Positions 59,546 to 64,000 of a stretch of 64,000 nt of DNA are shown here, piece by piece. Each line of letters opens with the position of its first letter. Within the stretch, counting starts at the first letter, position 1. The notes under the pieces were generated by a model, which was not told the origin of the DNA, ran no database searches, and saw only the letters and a program-made list of their open reading frames with translations. Both the position numbers and the translations under genes were made by a program. This DNA comes from Podarcis cretensis (lineage: Eukaryota): positions 40,796,001 to 40,860,000 of the forward strand of contig OX638165.1 of the NCBI GenBank assembly GCA_951804945.1. The letters are read 5' to 3'.

Positions 59546-62500
59546 AATTGCATAGATTCTTATTTAATATCCTCTGCCAACCCATAATTCCAAATTAGTA
59601 ACATTCTCTTCTTCTTTTAATACCTAGCTTATAAATTCTACTCTTCGTTATCTAATTTGTTTCTCTTTCGAAGTCAACTAAACTCATGATTAAAAGGTTT
59701 ATGGATTCTATGGACCCCCCAATCTTTTCCATGAGCACAACCACCAACAAAACTGGCTGAAAGTTTGCCCAATGAAACAACTCTGGAAAAATCAAAGAAG
59801 ACAGATTTTAATAGCCAAGCACATTGTTGTTATTTGCTCTTCAACTTCCCTATCATTTGCTTAGAGAACACACAATTAGCAATTTGACCCTGGCCAGACA
59901 CCAGCAAATTCCTGCTCAGGCTTACTTAAGGACTATGACATCAGAGGTGCTCATAGAAAGTCTGTTGGGAAATGAATGGGTTAAAAAAAGCCAGAGGCTT
60001 CAGCAAGCTAATGAAAAAATCACTCACTGATCAATTCTTGCAGTAGTACTCTGAACATTAGTAAACTCCCTACCCTTCTTTATAAATGCTGCTACTCTGG
60101 ATTTTTCCAATAGAGATAATTATGACTGTCTGAATATAGTGTAGTAAACTGATTAGTTGAAAATAATTAGGAGACCTTAATTATAGCAATAGCTAAATGC
60201 GTAGGCTTTAGCAAATACAAGAAAAGCAATTCACAAAACAGCAGTAGCAGTGCAGTCAACATAACTAGTGGCAGAAATGCAGTCTCTCTGCTCAAGTGTC
60301 TGGAAAGGAAGACCATCAACATTCACTTTTTGCCATGTTAGAGGATTCTAGCAAGCATGCCAAGCTAAGCAGCAACATTCAAACTACTGGATTATTCAGG
60401 TAATGAAAGGAGGAAATAGTGGTACTTCAGCAGTGCTCCTCAATATGCAAGGTTTCTATAGTCTGTGAGTACATACTGCCTGTACTCTTCTACCTATAAA
60501 AATTTAGAAGACTATCACACAAAACTGATGTGTATTATACAGGACCTGAACACTTAATTTAAAACAGTTACAGTATGTGAACTGTGTGCTTGAACTATAC
60601 GCAAGTTTCTATGTTATCCACCACAAAACTGATACCAGTTCCTTTTCAGAAACACACATACTATGGAACTATAGAGCATGGCCAAAGTGTAAGGAATAAG
60701 GGAATACTAATAATCGAAAACTGCATGAATGTGCCTCTCCCCCACCCGCAAAAAGCAGGCATCAGTTCTGTAAGCACACAGTACTTTCAGAAGAAGCAGT
60801 AAGTAAGTACCTTTACTTTAGTACAATTGATTAATAAAGCTTAAAACAAACAACTGCAGATTAATAAAAAAAAAATTCCTAGAAGTTGATTCTCCCCAGT
60901 AAAAATCTGAATCAGATGAGTAAGATACAAAGTCATTTGAGGAAAAACTGGGTATTCTTTGGTTGTCATATGTAGGTTACCAAACTACATTGTGATTGTT
61001 TAACAGCACCTAGAACCCTGTGGAGGTTAGTGAAAGTTCCTAAAGGTTTATACTGCAAGAACATTATTTTCTACTTTTCAAAATAAGCTTCTTATTGATA
61101 GCTGATCTTCATACACTGTGATAAAGCAGTATTACAACAAAGTCTCCCATCTGAACAGAATCTTTTCTTAGAAAAAGGTGATTATCACAAGTTCTAATTA
61201 GATATGTCCTCAACAGTCACTCCCCCAGCAAAATCACTTGTAAAAGATGCTGAGAAGTTTCAAAATATGTGTCTATTGTTTGACTGCAATGTCTGTTGTA
61301 TTTTGGTTCCTGTGCTGGTTCCTCTACTACCTCTCTTTCTTCAGTAGTCTTGATCCATTAAGAGCATCTTTGCTCAAATCTTCATCAGCAACTTACAACC
61401 GCAAAAACTACCCACAAATGGCAGGTATAGTTATTTTACCAGTAAGCAATAGCATCAACTTGCTACAACCAGGTAGTTTCAGGTAATGCAAGGTGGCAAT
61501 GTATATAAAATCCCCTCAAAAGGCAGCAGCATTTATCCCTGTGAAGTGACCAGGCTCCTAGTGAAGGCAACCTTATTAATCCCACATTTACAAGTGGCAG
61601 CAAAAGCACAAAGGTGGCTAATTGGCACATTCTACCTGTTCTGTTTGTGGTTGTTATTATTATGCATATTCCATTGTTAAGCTGTAAGCAATATCCTTTG
61701 AAGGGAAACAACCTATATTTAATAATTACAAGCTCCAGTGTAACCACAACTTCCTACAACATTGTACTTATTAATTCATCATCTAACAAGTACTTTACAT
61801 ACTTTGAAAGCTCGTGTTTGCTTAATGTTTTTCCAGGCAAGATATGGCTGTTGGAAAAGCAACTCGCCCCCAAAACAAGTTGTGTTGACAAAAAGGACAC
61901 TTATTTAAGGGCCAGTGACTGTGCCCCAATGCCTTCTTTGCTTAAAAAAACCCCCACCTATCCTAAAACATCCATGAACATTAGACAGCATTGATATCTG
62001 AGAGGTAACTGCCACCTGGTTATTCATGACAGTCACTGGTGCCTGCAATGCAATGTCACTGGCACACTGCCTAAAATTCCATACCCAGATATGCATCCCC
62101 GCATCAAGTGCTTTGTCGCTTCCCTACATGGTCCTATTTCTGCAGGCACCATGTCAAAGGCCATCCAATATGCTTACACTTATGACAGAGGCATGCACAC
62201 AGTTTCTCTCACCTCCAGGTTTTGACACTAGCTGTGGAACATAGTGTATGTACTCTTGCCACCCACCCTGAAATTTTAGCTTGGCTATAGTCACTTACAG
62301 TGACTGGATTACATTTCACAGAACAGCCTATTCAAGTTAATTGAAAAGTCATTCCAAAAATTAAGTTTAGTCTTTCCAAGGGTAAGAATGGCATTATTGC
62401 AAATCTGAGAATTACTAGTTATCTGCACATCAGCTTGACCATGAAATAATTCAATCCACATAGTATTAATATTTTTTATTAAGGACAGTAATTTGAACTA

Positions 62501-63094
62501 AAAAAATCAAGTACACCTATTATATAACTTTTGTCATCTATCACTGCAATATCAGTATGATATGTAGTACAAGTTATATGCTAGATACACATATTCAATG
62601 TCCTTCAGTACACACACAAATGGACCCTCAAGAGTGAAATGTTAGCAGGAAGGTATTTATACCCAATGTAAAAGCCAGGAGGGAAGCACAGAAATAAATT
62701 TATTCTCGAAAGTGCCAACTATGAAGATTCAGCATAGTTCAATGAATTTTGGAACTCAGGTTTCTATTTCAGGAGCAAACCCAACAAAATGATCTACCAC
62801 AAAAATAAATCAGGAGACCATGGGTCACTGGGTGGTTACACCCCATGCTTCCCAAGAAGAATATCACAATAAGGGGAAAACCAAGCTGGCAACATCCATC
62901 AGCCTGTGAAATAACAGTCTTTCCTCCTCTCTGCCAGAAAGTTCACTCTACTCCAATTGCCAGTTACTCTGGGACTGCAAGTGCTAAAGGGACACACAGC
63001 CTGGCCCAATCCATTGACCAAGGGCCACTCCAGACAGGGAGACTTGGCTTCATGTATCAGCAGTGAAAGAGCAGCTGCTCCAGTGTTGCTTACA

Positions 63095-63300
63095 CCAGTG
63101 TGGTGTAGTGGTTAGCACTGGACCAGGGAGACCTGGGTTCAAATCCCCACTCAGTCAAGAAGCTCACTGGGTGACCTTGGGAAAGTTACTTTTTCTCATA
63201 CCACACAGAGTCAATGTGAGAATAAAATCAAGAAGGGGATGAACCATGCATGCCACCTTGAGCTCCTTACAGAAAAGGTGGTATATAAACCCAACACATA
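63095..63300 (+). mobile_element. tRNA-derived SINE
   Basis: TGGTGTAGTGGTTAG A box, GGTTCAAATCC B box, TGGGTGACCTTGGG core. Confidence 0.75.
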
Positions 63301-64000
63301 CATGAAAACATTAGATTTTAAGCCTGAGGGCATAAATATTAGTACAACTCATTATGTATGCTGAAAAAAATTGCCATGGATCATTTGGATGAACTTGTAT
63401 ACAGTATAACCAAACTGAACTAGTTCATTTTGTAAAGGGAGATATGTGAACTATAAGTAGTTCGTTTTTGGACATGTTAAACTTGAACTTGTGAAAAATG
63501 AACTGCCCAAGATCTATGTATTAGATATACATTCAAACAAAATTAAGCCATCCATTTCTCTTAAACTCATGTCAGAGGAATTGAAGCTGGAACTGAGTAA
63601 CAAATACTTGAACTTTGTGGAGGAGAGGGAATAGGCTATCCAAAATTGGATTCAAGTCAGGAAGCTTGTACCACGTTTCTATTAAGTGCACACATTTCTA
63701 CACCTAAATTGCTCATTAAACCATATGGCAAGGAGTGCTCTACCTACAAAATGCTCATCTAGCAGGGTTCTTTGTTTTTGCCACATCAATCCAATATAGC
63801 TGCTCTCTGAATTTGACAATAAAGAAGTTAAACATCTATGCAAATCTTAACACGAACACATACCTAAACAATGCAGTGCAAAAGTAAGAAGTGGAGGAAC
63901 ACCATGGAAGGTGGAAGAAAGCCATCCCCAGTAGAGACAACACCATAATGCCACAGGGAGGGAAGCTTGATGCAGGAAGTCAAGACGCAAGTAAACATGA

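Noticed and set aside
63095-63160. tRNA-like A/B boxes (also ~21180 and ~22715)
   Set aside because: No complete cloverleaf; they continue into SINE bodies, so these are not tRNA genes.

Overview
Vertebrate (squamate, probably lacertid lizard; inferred from Sauria SINE and RTE-X/L2/CR1/Penelope repeats) genomic DNA carrying the conserved ARPC3-ANAPC7-ATP2A2 block. It holds the last two coding exons of ARPC3 (+), a complete 11-exon ANAPC7 (+, 565 aa, one GC-AG intron) and exons 6-20 of ATP2A2/SERCA2 (-, one GC-AG intron) with both the SERCA2b terminus (ends MFLS rather than mammalian MFWS) and the distal SERCA2a terminal exon (AKLE rather than AILE). Exon numbers follow the human genes as recalled. 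Non-coding highlights: an intact minimal type I hammerhead ribozyme in a Penelope-like fragment (463-506, -); a tailless U2 snRNA retrocopy with a 13-bp TSD lying antisense in an ATP2A2 intron; a hAT MITE carrying TTAGGG repeats; a solo LTR with a 4-bp TSD ~1.1 kb upstream of ANAPC7; a perfect 29-bp intronic inverted repeat; a (CT)24 microsatellite acting as the SERCA2a polypyrimidine tract; clustered RBFOX and miR-25 sites in the SERCA2a UTR; and a weakly supported spliced non-coding transcript and enhancer between ANAPC7 and ATP2A2. No wholly new protein-coding system could be supported; most short ORFs in the track are noise.
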